A stretch of DNA of 64,000 bases from the human T2T-CHM13v2.0 reference genome, Homo sapiens: NCBI RefSeq assembly GCF_009914755.1, contig NC_060943.1, one strand, 5' to 3'. The translations under genes were made by a program, and so were the position numbers. Position 1 is the stretch's first letter, and each line of letters starts with the position of its first letter. Of this stretch, positions 15,101 to 31,295 are shown piece after piece. Below the pieces are notes generated by a model, which worked only from the letters and a program-made list of their open reading frames with translations, ran no database searches and was not told the DNA's origin.

Positions 15101-16121
15101 CTCGTTTTGTCAGCTGCCTGAGCCTTCTCAGTGTGCCTGGAGCTGATTCCCTCCTCACAATGGTTGAGTGATATAGACAGGGCAGGTATTATTGTATCTA
15201 CTGTACAGAGGAGGACCCGAAGTACAGAGATGACAGGGGACTCTGGTCACATGATGAGTTTCTGGCAGAAGGGGCCGGCTTCTAGGTCACTGAGTACCTG
15301 GAGCTCATTCTGAGGGCATCGCTGCTCCTTGAACTTCATCAGGATTACTGGCTTTGGCAGAGTCTCAGAGGAGAAAACCTCAAGGGTCCCTGTTGGAGCC
15401 AGTTTCATCATTGTGGTCTCTGTCACTCTCTAGAAGAGAGCCCAGCTTGCGGCTCAGCTCAAGGGCTCCCCCAGTGGCTGAGTATGTGGGGTGGAAACAG
15501 AGAATGGGCACCTGGCCCTGTCCTGACACTGGCCTCCCTCCCTCCTGACAGGCCATGGCTCCCTGGATCCCTGCCACCAACCTCGAGAGGCAGCATGCTA
15601 GCATAGACGGGCTGAGTCTAGCATAGACAGGGGCCAGGTTGGCTGGATGCTCTCACCCTGCTGCAGCCAGCTCTGCTTCTTTTCATATCTCCCTGGAGCA
15701 TGGGGGAGGGATCCCACCTGACCTTCTCAGGTAGAGGAGGCAGGAAGTCTAGGTGTGAGGCCAGGCAGGTTCTGCTAGACCTTGGGATTCCTGATCCTTG
15801 CACTGTCACACCCTTTTCCTGGGAGTGTCCTTGGAATCAGTTTGAAATAAAAATGAATGTAATTATCATAATTAACCAGGTGATCGCTGGAAGTTTTACA
15901 ATAATCTGCTACTCATTGCCTTTTTCACTTCTTCACATTGACTCTCACCTTTATCCCTTTCTTAAAGTTGGAAAACTCTCGGGGTGTGTATATAAAAACT
16001 CTCCTAGCATGACTAAGGCTGGGTTCAGGGAGAGGCTGGCTCACCGCTCTAGATTTTCGTCTGTGTCCATGATAATTAGACAGAGGCTTACCTCTCACCA
16101 TTGATATCAGCTCCCCTTGAG

Positions 16122-16337
16122 CAGCATTTCCCAACTGCGGAACTGTTGACATTCGAGTGAGATCATTCTGTGTCTTGGGGGACTGTCTTGGACATTGTAG
16201 AGTTTTAGCGGAATCTCTGGCCTTGACCCGCTAGAAATCAGTTGCACCTCCCTCCCCAAGGTGTGACAACCAAAAATATCTCCAGACATTTCTAAGAGTT
16301 CCCTGGGAACAGAATCATGCATGGCTGAGAACCTCTG
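16122..16337 (-). mobile_element. MER20
   Basis: tgtgacaaccaaaaatatctccagacatt core and gagaacctctg end. Confidence 0.75.
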
Positions 16338-17819
16338 GCCTGGAAGAAACAGGGATTCAGACAGAATGCCACCTGTGTTCACCTCTTGCCTCACCGCCAG
16401 TTTAGGTCCTCATTTACCTTGTGTTGAATGTCGACTGAACCTCTGAGCATCGTCTACTCCTGTGTGTCCTGTGTTGTTTTCGCTTTTCCGGATAGCAGAG
16501 CCCTGGGCTGAAGCAGTTTGGGGGCTTTCCCCTTTCACCTCCCCCTGGTTGGAACTGTAAGCCTGCCTCCAAGTCCCCTACTGAGTTATTCCTCTCTGAT
16601 TTTTTGCATAGTGGTCTCTGTGTGCTGGGGCTGCTGATCTGGGGAACAGGACAGGGGATCTGCTACTGGGCTGACCCAGGCCTGTGCAGCAACCGGTAAT
16701 CCTGTCAGGCCCGTATCAGACCCCAAAGAACAGCAGACGTTTGTTTCTGCAGCATGAGACACGGAGACCAGAACTGTTGTCTGGGTCTTAGTACTACTCT
16801 TTTTAAATGATTTGATTTTTTTTTTTTATTATAGTAGTAAAACACATTCTTTGTAAAAATTTAACAATAGAGAATGTGAGAGACAGACAGGTTCCCCAAA
16901 CTACTGTCCTGTGCCTGAGACAACTTCACTTCGCAGATCCATGTTAGTTCTTCGAATTTTTTTCATCAATTCATATATCAAGTAACTTTTAAATATAGAG
17001 GTATCTATTTTAAGAGCAGATGGTATGTTTGGGCTAATTGAATTGGCTCCGTCAAGTGCCATTGTGGTCTTAACTCTTCCCACCCGCTGCCTTTTGTACC
17101 CTTGCCCGCATCATCCCAAGTGCAGAGCCAATGTCCCTGTCTTCTTTTCCCTGAGGTGACAGTTTCAGCGTGTCATTCCTGGGAGGAGTGACCAACAGGG
17201 CATGTACTGGTGTCTGAGTGGTTAGGATCCCACTCTGGGGGATTCCTGCTGGTGGTATAACCCCGACCACAGAAGTCAGGGCCTAAGCCTCAGCCTGCCC
17301 TGAGATCCCCACCAAGGGGGCTGCGGCTGGAGGGAGGGGCCCCTGGGAAGTATCCTGCTTGGCTGCACCTGGCTTGGCCTCTGGAGTCGACTTCCCAAGT
17401 CTCCTAGGAAGGCGAGGGCTCTCCTTCGTGTGGAGTAGACCCTTCGCCAACTGGCCTGGCGTGTCCGGGAGGCTTCCTTTCTTAAAATGGGGGGATGAAG
17501 CGTCAGTCATGCTTCCAGGATTTATTTCATCATAATTGTTTGTTTTGGGTTTAACAATACAGCAGGGAGAAGAGTGGCAGAGGAAGAAGAGCGTCCTCTC
17601 CAGGCCAGGGGTGGGGCTGTGGAAATGAGAAACCGGACGAGACAGAGAGGGAATCCAGAGAGGGCTTTGCGGTTGAGTCTGCCAGTCTGGAGAAGGCTGC
17701 TCTCCAGACAGCTGAGAGTAGGGTGACACCTGGTGACTCTTGTGGACTGGGCGGAGCTGTGTGGAGCGATCGGGAGATCCCCGGAGGCGACCTGCAGGAG
17801 GCCAGCCGAGTGCAGCCCT

Positions 17820-18061
17820 TGGGGAGTGTGTCCTTATTATGCCTGCAGATTATATCCCCATTAGCGCATAATTATTATATAATGGGCGTTATTGCATAAT
17901 GGCAGTTATATAACAGGTGGCCCAGAATACAGACAGGGGGTGTAATAAGTGTATATCCTCTGGCTATAAATAGCCACCAGCCCCACACCAAATATGTGGT
18001 CACACCAGAGCCACCTTATAAATACCCGTGCTGGGCTATAAATTTCTGAGCAGTGACGTCA
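17820..18061. promoter_or_regulatory. Candidate MEF2/CRE enhancer or TATA-rich element
   Basis: CTATAAATAG 17964-17973, TGACGTCA 18054-18061, CAGGTG E-box, several TATAA. Confidence 0.55.
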
Positions 18062-18944
18062 GCGGGCATGGTACCTAGTTAGGGGGTGGTAGGAGGGACC
18101 TGCGGCCCCACCCGGACACATGACATCATTGTTTCCTTAGTAACAGGAATGCTCCCGGGGGACCAAGTGAAGAAAGGCCTTTAAAGGGAGGAGGCAAATG
18201 GATAGGAAGCTTGAGTTGGGGGTGGGTGCTAAGCCTGGGCTGAACAGGGTGAGGTCTCCTGGGCAGAGTCCTTAATGGGTGAGACAGGCCATCTGCCCTT
18301 GGGTATTTGACCCAACGGGAAGCAAGGCAGTAGACTCCGTTTCCTTTCATCTTTAGGGGGTCTCAAGTCCCCTTTCCTGTGTGTAGCAGATTCTGCCAGC
18401 CTTGGCTGTGTGTCAGGGAGAAGAGGGGAGCTACAGAGTCTTCCCTGTCCTTCTCTCTCCCAGGTGACCTCTACAGGGCTCTGGGGCCACTTGCTTAAGG
18501 GAGACCCGACTTCTGCACCCGGTCATATCCTCCCCAGGGCATGACCACTTCCCCTACCAGACGTAGTAGGCCAGTTTCAGCCTTAGTAATCTAAGAAATA
18601 TGTGAGCAATTTGATGCGGATCTCAGAGAGCCTCGTGGAAGTAATGGCGCTGAGAGATGGCGCCTGGGGAAGAAAGAGGAGACAAGGATAGTATTCTGGC
18701 CCCAGAAGAAACTATGAGGTGGGATATAATCTTTTTAGGTGTATGGGAGATTGCTTCATATAGGGTGGGGAAGAACTAGTCTTCATAGCCCTGAGCATAG
18801 AGGAGGAAATTTGCCTTTGGCAGATGAGGGGATTGGAAGAAGGCTGGATGACCAACTCGTCCTGGTTTGCTCAGAGTTTCACAGCCCCTCACCTCGGTAA
18901 ACCCCTCAGTCTCCAGCAAACTGGGATTGTTGGTCACCCTAGAA

Positions 18945-19142
18945 CAGTGATTTTCAACCAAGGGCAATTTTGTCCCGCAGGGAACATTTGGCAATGTCTG
19001 TGAACACTTTTGGTTGTCACAGTTGTGGGGGGAGGGTGCTATTGGAATCTAGTGGGAAGAGTCTACTGCATATGACAGTCCCCCAGGAACAAAGAATCAT
19101 CTCGCCCCCAAACGTCACAAGTGCGGAGGTGGAGAAACCCAG
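18945..19142 (+). mobile_element. MER20
   Basis: cagtgattttcaacc...acatttggcaatgtctg...ttggttgtcaca...gagaaacccag. Confidence 0.8.
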
Positions 19143-22100
19143 CCTTAGAGGGAGAATAAGCAGACCCTGCTGTGCGTGGTCTCTCCTCAGGACGCCTCTT
19201 GCCTCTGCTAGCAGAGTGGGCTGCTTGGCTGCCTTCCTGAATTTCTTGCAGCTCTTGTTTTCTGTGCTTTGATTGGTTGTGTTTAGGGTTCTGTGGCCTG
19301 GAAACCTTTTCTAGGAAATCGTGTGGCTTCTGAGAGGGTCTTTCCCATCTCAAAGCTCAGAGACCCTTTGAGACAGTGCCATCTCAAAGTGAGACAGTGC
19401 TGACAGCAAGCCCTGCCAGGCAGTATGGTATTGGTGTGGATCCTTCATCTGTTATTTAAAAAAGAATGGAAAAATCATCAAATACCTATCCCTTATTGCC
19501 TACCAAAGAGTTTCTAAAAGGCAAAGCCTGCCTGTTTTCCCTGCCTTTCAGGTCACCTCTTCCCATATAGACCTGAACAGGCCACTGCGGCTCCTGGGGC
19601 TTCCTGAGCGTAGCAGTCCCAGGGTGAGAACTCACTTCCATAAAAGCCAGTTTCCCAGACCCAGTGACCAGGGCTGGACTCTGCCACCCAAAGAAGCTTC
19701 CCAAATGAAACAAATGAGGCAGGAGCAGGAGAGAGCCAAATCCTATTCTGGCACATGGAGTTTACAGAAATCTAGGTTCTAAGTGTTCTCATGTCATTTA
19801 TAGAAGTTTCCGTTTAGCCCGGCATATGTGAAATGTAATCATGAAAGCATAGCAGACACTGTTTTTCACCTGCCTTTAGTGCCTGTTTAGTTTACTACCT
19901 GGCTGCAGTTGACTTGGCGCCCTCTGGCCTTGACCACATGCATAGCGTGGCCAACTGGGTCATCGTTTCTGCTGGCCTCGGACAGGGCCCACAGATGAAG
20001 GCCAGGATGGTGGTGGTGGCGCAGTGGTCTGGTCTGCACCAGAGATTTGGCCAGAGAGAGGGGATCAGCTGGGCTGTGGGCTACCCGTTGTGTGTGTCAG
20101 GCCCAACTTTTGAGTTTGGACTTGAGATTGAGGCAGCTAATAAGCGTGGATGGGGAGGAAGGGCCCAAGGGTCTACATGCAAGGTCCTGCCTGCTGTGCC
20201 AAAGGGGACTCTGTGGGGAACAGTGCTGGCTCCGAACACAAAGGCCATTGCTCCATGGAGCAATAATCCTCAGGATATTGCCAGCCCAAAAGATATGGCC
20301 AAGAGAGAGGCCTCTGCCCTGAGGACAATGGCCAGATTTCTCTCACTTATTTATGGTATCGTGGTTTACAAAGTGGGCCCAGCACACAAATCTCTGGGCA
20401 TAGTTTCAAATACATGCATTTCTTTTAAATTAAACACCCCCCCCCACACACACACATACACGTGTGTGTGTGTGTGTAGGGTCTGTTCAAGCCCTGCTGC
20501 TGCCCAGGAGTGTTCCCAGCCACGTGGGACAGTAACTGAGGATGATGGTACTGAAGCCACTGTCTAATATTAGATTTTGTAACTCAGAGATTCATTAATA
20601 TAATTACTCAGATGCCAGCCTGGCTTGGCAAGGCCTCTTGAATTGTGTTCCTCTTCAACAAAGTGCTCCGGCTGCAGAAATGCCCCTGGTGAGCCTGAGC
20701 TCTGCTACCTTGCCTGTGAATGGGGCAGAAGGCATGTGTTGGCCTCCTCACTGCACCCTGGGAGAGGCAGTGCATCCCCATGGTGGCAAGTCTTGCCTTT
20801 ACATGTCTTGTCACGAAAACAGGGACCTTGGAGAGTCTGCTGCAGAGGGGAGCAATCTGCTGGGCGAGGCCCCGTTTCTATGCAAGTTGGCCCTGGGCTC
20901 AGCTGGGGGCCAGTTTATTTTGCTCCGTTGTGATACTTAGCATGCAGTTTTTAGTTTCTCTTAGGCTGGAATCTTGGAGCTGGGACTGTGTTTTATCCGC
21001 CTTTGCATCTGTCTCTCGCGCAGCTTATAGTTTTATACGCTCCATAAACCCATTTTGAATATTGAATTACCTTCAGATGGGAAGCAGCCCATGGCCCATC
21101 CTTGAGATGATGTAAAGGCTCACGATGGTATAAAAATCAGAAAGGGGGCTGATGAAGGAAGAGAGCCAAGATGGGAAAGTGGCAGGTGTGCTCTCTGAGT
21201 GGGCATTATGAGGGGAGAATCCTGACAGAGGAGGGGCAGTGGAAGCTTCCAGAATGCTGGAAGGAGTGTGGCAGGCAAGTGAGAAGCTGTGGGTTAATGG
21301 GTTCAAAGAGACTTGGTTTTTCAAAATACTTGTTTTTATTTTATGTGAATGAGCTCTCAGGAAAATGGGGAAGGAGCAGCCTTCTTCTCAGCCCCTTCCT
21401 TCACCCCTGCCCCCGCTGAGTACCTTGTTACAGGGGCTACTGCTTGGTGGGCTCAGCCCACCCCACCCTCTCATAGGCCTTTTCTTGGTCTCCTTGGCTG
21501 TCCCTGCTAAATAGTCATCTTTGGGGACATCCTCCCTTTTGGCCACAAAGCACACAGCCCCCCAGAGGCCATGTCCTCTCCAGACTTGGTCTGCGGAGCA
21601 GCCAAACTCACTCGTGACAGGGTCTCTTCCCGTGCCAGATCTTCCCTGCCACGCTAGCCTGGTGGATGCCCTGCGGCAGGGATTGGCAGGGATCAGTCCT
21701 GGGCCCACTGGGATTGCTTGCCTTTTGCTCTGAGGCTTTTCCTCGCCTCCCTCCCTCTCCTCAGGAGCCCTGGCCTCCAGGCTCCTTGTATGGACAGACT
21801 CATGGCTGCTATTCCTGCCCTCCATCTCCTGGAGACCCCTTCAGTCTGGGCCTCTCGGGTCAGAGATGACTGCCGTCCTCCAGCTGGTACATGTGCTTGC
21901 GGCTCTGGTAGCTGGGTTTGGTTATTAACAATGAATTATTAAAGGAATGTGAATAGGGAGGGAGGTTTGTCTTTCACACACTCGCGCACACACACAGCCA
22001 CTTCTCGAAGCAGATCTTAAAGTTGATTCTGCTGCCGCTGCTGTACCTTTGCTTGCCTCGGATCTTAGAACTGTTTCCAGTAGTTTTTGAGTGAATTCCG

Positions 22101-22731
22101 AGCACTCCACTTTCTACCTTAAGACTCTCTAGATAGCTCCTTCCTCCTCTCTCACCTGGTCCTAAACCTCTTTCCTCTGGCCCCATGTGCCAGTTCTTGA
22201 CTTTCTCTGAGACCGGTTTTCCCCTCTGAAGTCCTCCTTGTTCAGTGGAAAGGTAGCTAGAGGCCCACCAGGCACCCGGTCTTGGTAGTGTCACATGCCA
22301 CAGCATGACAGTAACATGAGGACATTTCCCTCCTTGCTACCACTCTTTGGGCTGGAGTCCACTTGAGCATGAAAGTTCAGGAGGCCAAGCCTGCCTCTCA
22401 CAAACTCTGGACACACAGGGGCTTAGTTTCACGATCAGCTGATTATGTTGTTCTATGATTTGGGGAGTGTGCCTGGTACGTACAGTCCCTCATCTGTCCA
22501 CTGTTTTAAAAAGGTTATTTTTCTTATTATAAGACTACTGTACATTCATAATAAAAATACAAAATTAGCATGAAGTCAGGGGGTGGAAATTAAAATTATA
22601 CAATTATGCCACTGAAATAACTGCTATTAACTTTTGTTGCATTTTCCCTTACTTATTCATGCACATATTTTATTTTTTACTGGAATTTATAGTATAGACA
22701 CTTAGGGATGCTGCTTTTAAAATTTAATACT

Positions 22732-23026
<295 letters not shown>

Positions 23027-23080
23027 TCAGTACCATTGTGTATTCTACTATGTCGCTATTTTTCAAAATCTAATTTTTAG

Positions 23081-23420
<340 letters not shown>

Positions 23421-23545
23421 TTAGCATCTTTTCTTGTTAGCTGCATTACCCCTAAATTGTCAACTTTTCTAATGACTTCTGTCCCCTATTCCCTTTTGAA
23501 AATGAGAAATTACCTCTTATTATAAGTGTAATAGGTGCTTACTGA

Positions 23546-23871
<326 letters not shown>

Positions 23872-25057
23872 TGAAAAAGAAAAACATGCTTTTAAACAGC
23901 TTCATGAGATTTCATCATGCCAGAGCTGATGTAAACCCCACCCCCACCCCCACTGAGGCCTTTGAGTTGTGTTGCGTTCATCCCCATTGTAAATTCTGCT
24001 GGGATGGACATCCTATTACACCAAGCTTTGTAGCTGTATTTGTTACCTTCAGCTAATGCTTCCTAGCAGTTGAATTACTAGGCAAAAGGTATGGACTCTC
24101 TTGAAGGCTCTTCGTCCATCCTGTTAAATTGCCATCTGGAAACTTGACACCCTCAGGCAGCACGCAAGGATCCATCTCACTCTGTCCCTGTACCCTGATC
24201 CTATTCCCCAGAGCCTCAGAAAGATGTTGCCATCATTGTACATATCGTGTACATTGCACATACATGTCATGTCAGGATGCACTTTTACAAGTCAAGTCTC
24301 CCATCCCTGTCATAGGTGTATGTCCCGTTCCTGTATTTATTCTCTGCATCAGCTCACACATTCCTTGATGGACACATGGTGTTACCCAGTGTAAAAGCTA
24401 ATCATGGACATCAGCCCACATTCTCACACCCTCCAATCCATGTTTTTATGAATCTGAGGTGCCCCCTTCCAGGCCTCTGCAGCCACTTCCTGTTAGCACT
24501 GCTAGAAGGGGAGGGACCCTTGGGGGTCACCGTGGCATGGCAGTTTCCTCTCAGCTTCTGGCCTTGGGACTGCAGAAGTGGCTCTTGAGACTGTCTGGTG
24601 GTGAGCAGGTGCTGGCCATGGTATCTTAATGGCAGCAGCCCCCAGGTCCACTTCTGAGGTGCAAGCCCATGCTGGCCGCCAGCACGTGCCAGAGAGCTCC
24701 TGAGGAAGCAGCTGCTGCTGACACCTGAGGCCAGCTGCGCAGTCTGCCACAAGGCCCCTGGGGCTGCCAAGGTCGCACATGTCCTCCCAGGACTTGAAGG
24801 GGGACCAGGGGAGGGTGAGCTGTTGCTGTGGACTGTGGACTTTGACATCACTCATAGACACCCCCTCTCTCACCCTTGCATCCCAGACAGTGTCCCCCAG
24901 GGCCATGCAGGCAGGGACACACAGCCCCCTTGTGCCCTGCCCCAAGTCCCTGTGTGTAAGTGAGCATGCTCTCATCAGACTTGGTCCCCACTGCCATGGC
25001 ACTCTTATCTGTGTGCCTGAATATGCATGCTTATTCATCTCGAAAACTGGGCCGTAG

Positions 25058-25200
25058 GGCCAGGTGTGGTGGCTCATACCTGTAATTCTAGCACTTTGGG
25101 AGGCCGATGTGGGAGGATCATTTGAGCCCAGGAGTTCGAGCCTGGGCCACGTAGCAAGACCCCCATCTCTATAAAATAAAATTTAAAAAAAAAGAAAAAA
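25058..25200 (+). mobile_element. Alu left monomer (FLAM-like)
   Basis: Single monomer + A-rich tail; degenerate TSD gaaaactgggccgta / gaaaatcgggcctta. Confidence 0.85.
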
Positions 25201-26522
25201 GAGAAAATCGGGCCTTATATCATTTTCTACATCCTATTCGGCCCATGGAAGCGTAAGTGTCTTCAGCCTCTGTTGACCCTTGTCCCCCACCCTTTCTCTG
25301 TGATACTCCACCTTACCCAGAACCTGACTGTCCTCAGGCCCTGGGTAGTGGGAGCTGCCTCAAGACTCCTGAGGCCCCACAAGAGGCTTTTGAATTGCAG
25401 CAGTGGATGTGGGTAGTTGTGTAGGACAGAGGGAGGCGACAGCATCGTTTCTCCCCTTTCTTCCTTCAGCTGGGGCTGTGGCATGGCAGTGTGGGCCATC
25501 CAGTGTCTAGAGGGCTTGTGGCCACGCAGTCGTGGGTGGGATGCATATGTTCATGAGGTTTGCTCTGTTCTTTCCTCTGCAGGGTGTTCAGGATGTGCTA
25601 ACCTGCGGGTGTCTGTGTGGGTGTCTGAGTGTCAGGAGGTGGGTGTCTGTGTACAAGTATGGGTTGGGGTGTGTGTGTATAAATGTCAGCTTAATTCACA
25701 CCCCAACAACGTAAGAGGAAACTTCTCAGTCATGAGGTTCAAGTTCTTGTTACTCCTATGAGCTGTAGTAGGAGTGCAGTGAGTAGGGGGCACAGCAGGT
25801 ATGTAACCCCTGGGCCCAACTCCAACCTGGCCCCTGTGGCTTGTAGCTTCTGAGTCAGAGGGCGTGCATGCTTGTGAGAAGTGTCAGGCCTTTCCCGTTC
25901 GCTCAGCAGCTGAGCAGTTCCTTTCTGGGGTTCTTTGTGAACCTGCCTCGCTATTAATCTACCTGTTAGTAAAAGAGATTACAATTGTCGTAATTACAGG
26001 GCGCTGCGTCTCCACCGTCAGGACTGAGCTGAGTGAGAGGCAAGGGATGGGAGGAACCCAGCCCCACAGGAAGCTGCTATTAAAAGCCCTCTGTTTGGAT
26101 ATGGCACAAAGACAACAACCCTTCCCGGGGGCTAAGGAGATCTGGGACAAGAGGCAGGTCAGGTTCCGGGGGTGAGGAGTGGGCTAAGGTCCCACTGCAG
26201 GCTGTGGGATGACACGGGATGACTGCAGTACTGAGGATGGTGAGAACAGCGGTGGCCCGCCGGCAGCTCAGATACCTGGGAGCAGCACAGGGCTCAGCAC
26301 CCTGACCACATGGGCTCCATGCTGAAGGCTGCTTTACTTCTGGACAGGCCTTCACCTGCATAGAATGGAAGAGACCTGGTGGCACTTGTCATGGTGAGAC
26401 AGTGGCTCTCTTCTGAGGGAGCTCCACAGCCACCATGGATTTAGGTGGACAAACAGTGGTATCCTGGTCTGTGGCTAGCATGGGCCCCAGAGCTGTGTGT
26501 GATGCATGTGTTCCTGATAGCA

Positions 26523-26735
26523 CAGGGGTTCTCAGTGAGGGTGGTTCTGCCCCTAGGGTATATTTGGTAGTGGCTGAAAACAGTTTTGGTTGTCACTACT
26601 TGGGATGGGGTTGCTACTGGCATCTCGTGGGTGGAGGCTGGGATGCTGCTAGCTGTCCTACACTGCACAAGACGACCCCCCATAGAAGACAGTATCTAGC
26701 CCCAGCATGAGGGGTAATGAGGTTGAGAAACCCTG
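26523..26735 (+). mobile_element. MER20
   Basis: ttttggttgtcact...tgctactggcatct...ggttgagaaaccctg. Confidence 0.78.
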
Positions 26736-29700
26736 ACTGAGGCCAAGGAAAGGAACGGCAGCAGGGCAAGCCAGGCCCAAGGAGGGCTCTAAGAACTCCC
26801 TGATGCTGAGTCTGGAGACCTTGGCCCACGGTGCTCAGCAGTCTGTTGCCAGGGAGGTAGGAGAGAGGGGCAGCAGGCACACTGGGTTGACAACTGCACT
26901 GTGTTGACCCCATGGCGGGCATCAGGGGACCACAGGCTGTGGTTGCGCCTGTCCGTTCTCCCTCCCTTTTCTCGTAGGCTTCTTCCTCCTCCAGTGCAAG
27001 AGCTGGATCCAGGATTGGAGAATTTGCTCTTGCCCACCTCTCCATGTCCTCGTTGCCGACTGAGGCACCTGGGAGTGAGGGGCTTGGACATTCTTCCTCA
27101 GCTTGAGCCCCATGGACCCCTCCAGGTGGGAGGAGTCCAGAGGAAGATACGCAGAAATAGGAAGGGCTGACACTCTCCAGCTTCCATCTTGCAAGGACAC
27201 AGGCCCCACCCTGGCTTCTCCCCAACACACATCTGGCCTGGTTTCTGCTCTGAGAAATGGAGCTGGGTGGGGCAGAGGCCTGGCAAGTAAACCTGGATGG
27301 AGTGTAGGAAGCCTCCTTCCACCATTCATTCCTGTTGACCAAAGGGGCATCCCTGCAGGCACTCCTGCCTCCTTTTCCACTTTTGTTTTCAACTTTGACT
27401 CCCACTACCAAGGAGTTCTCGGGAAAGAGGGTAGGCCTGTGGGTTAGGAGGGCACCATGGAGGGTAGTCTGTGGGGCTGGGTGAGATGGGTGTGGGAACG
27501 CAGCCCTGTGTTTAAGGGTATGTGTGCTGCCTGCTTGCTGTGGGCAGGGTGGCTTCTGATGCCCTCCCAGCCCTTGGGCCACTGTGTCTTGTGTTTTCTG
27601 CAGACAAAGCATGGAGATTTTCAGCTGTTGTGAATTCTGCGTTTCACACCGAGTCCCTAATAGTGGAATCGCGTTGCCTTCCCCCCCCCTCTTTTTTTTG
27701 CCTTGACAGCTCCAACCTTATAATTTTACCTTCTTTTTCCTTGCATACACTCTTTTTCTTCCCTTTCCCGTTCCTGGGGCTTTTGCCATTCATCGCTGGG
27801 GACCCCCTTTAGGAGGGATTGCTCCTGACAAGAGGGGAGGGGCTTCCTGTCAAACATTGGGAGTTGATGTTTTGTTTGGTAAAATGTCTGTAAATAGGCT
27901 GTGAGGCAGTCGTTCTACATGGATCCCTGTGTATGCCAGCGTCTTTTTGTGTCTGAGCATGTCTCCAAGCATGTGAATGTCAGGAGCAGAGAGAAAGGGA
28001 AGGGAAGAAGAAGGGAGGAGAGAGAAGAGGGATGGTGTTTGGGGGCATTGGGATGGCTCTCTTCCTTCTTGGTCTAAATCACAGAGCCTGATCAGGAGAG
28101 GGTCAGAGTTCCAGACTCTTGAAGAGTCAGGAAGAACATCAGAAGTGAAGCTACTGCCATCTGAGGTGGCCCTGGGTTGGCTATTCACAGAGGGCTGGAA
28201 TGGGATGATGGGGCTGTACTCCCCACTAAGGCTGCCAGATCTGGAACTTGACCTTGAAGTCTAGTTATCCAGGACTCTTAAGGCTCTGAGGGTAGGTTGT
28301 AATGGAGACTGTTTCTCCTGCCCAGCATCAACGATGAGCCTTGGATTCTTGGGATCAATATCAGTCTTCCACCGTGAATGGGAAACCCATTTCTCCCTGG
28401 AGACAGGTTCCTCTGCAAGACCACTCCCTTATTCTTTTTTCTTTCTTTCTTTCTTTTTTTTTTTAAAGTAGGACGCCTTGTTGCTTTAGATGGACTCCTT
28501 TGTTAAGCTTCAGGTAGCTTACCTATCCTATGATTTGATTTACAGCAAACTCACTAAAAACATTGGTCAGTTTGATTTCAAAAACGTGGCCACATCCATT
28601 TTCCCGCCATCAGCTTTCCAGACCACAGAATGCTCTGCTTTTGAGCTGCTCCTCAGCTGACACCCTCCTTGAATCCATTTTGAGTTGCTCTTCCCTGGCC
28701 CCATTAGAAAATGTCGGCTCTGACTACACCATGCTTGCGAACAAAGGTGCAGAACAATTTTGGCTGCTTCGTCCAGGAAATAAATTCCTCTTCGGTGCCA
28801 GAAACCATTGAGTGGTGCCATGTGTTGAGCTCTAGGCCCCAGAACTGTGGGCAGGGTTATTGCTCAGGGTGAGGAGTGTGGAAGCATAGGATAAGGAGGC
28901 CATGGGGAGGAGACCCTTGCTTCCCGGACATCCCCACGTACTTTGGGTCAAGAACCTGAGGACTTGCCATGTCCCCTGCTCTCTCTCTCCTGGCTTTCCA
29001 TCTGCAGTTGCCCATGGTATGGCTGGTCTGTGGACTTGGGGAAGACAGGCCCCTCTCTTTGTCCCATGGTGGCAGCATTCCGGCCCGGTTAATTGCATGC
29101 CACCCTTCCCAGGTCCTCTTGTTCCGTCTGCTCGATGAAGGTAAAGGCTGATTTCCCTGGGATCTGCCCATGCTCTGCTTCTCGACCTGTGTTTTCACCT
29201 GTAATCAGCAATGCCACTTATCAGTGTCTCTGAACCCTATCTCATTTAAGCCCATGACAGTCCAGTGAACTCGGCACTTTTATAATCCTTGTGTTATGCC
29301 TAGAAGCTGGCAGACGGAAGAATCTTGCTCAAGGCCACCCACTAGCGAGCAGCAGCCCTGGGGCCTGTCCCCACCCTGCACATCTGCCCCTCACTGCTGA
29401 CCACCCTGGCTTATCTCAGGGTCTGATTTCTCCTTGTGAACTCTAAACTCTTCTTTCCAGCTACCAGGCAGATGCCTTGTGGACAGCTTGCCCCCGTATC
29501 CACAAGGTACCTCCCAGTACTCCTGGCTGCCCTCTGCTCCCTGCTCCATTCCTTGTCTTGGCTGTGGGCATCACCACCTAGCCAAGCACTTGAGCCCTCA
29601 CAACCAGACTAACCACAGGCCGGTGAAAGGGCTGAAGCCTCCCTGCCTTTTCACCAGGCTGAGTTTTCAGAACTCAGTGTCTTCTCCTCTCTGTTGTATT

Positions 29701-29792
29701 TTTTTTTTTTAATTCCCCATCTCCCCAGGTTGGATTTGTCTTTTATTAAGATATAATTCACATAATAAAATTCACTATTTTAAAGTGTACAA

Positions 29793-30495
<703 letters not shown>

Positions 30496-30509
30496 AACTA
30501 AAAATTAAG

Positions 30510-31295
<786 letters not shown>

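Noticed and set aside
19914-19932. CTCF-like GGCGCCCTCTGGCC (and CCTAGGTGGCG near 61149)
   Set aside because: Both miss the near-invariant 5' C of the core.
26614-27612. 332-aa minus-strand ORF, the longest in the track
   Set aside because: No recognisable domain, runs into a MER20, composition typical of GC-rich intron; expected tail of chance ORFs.
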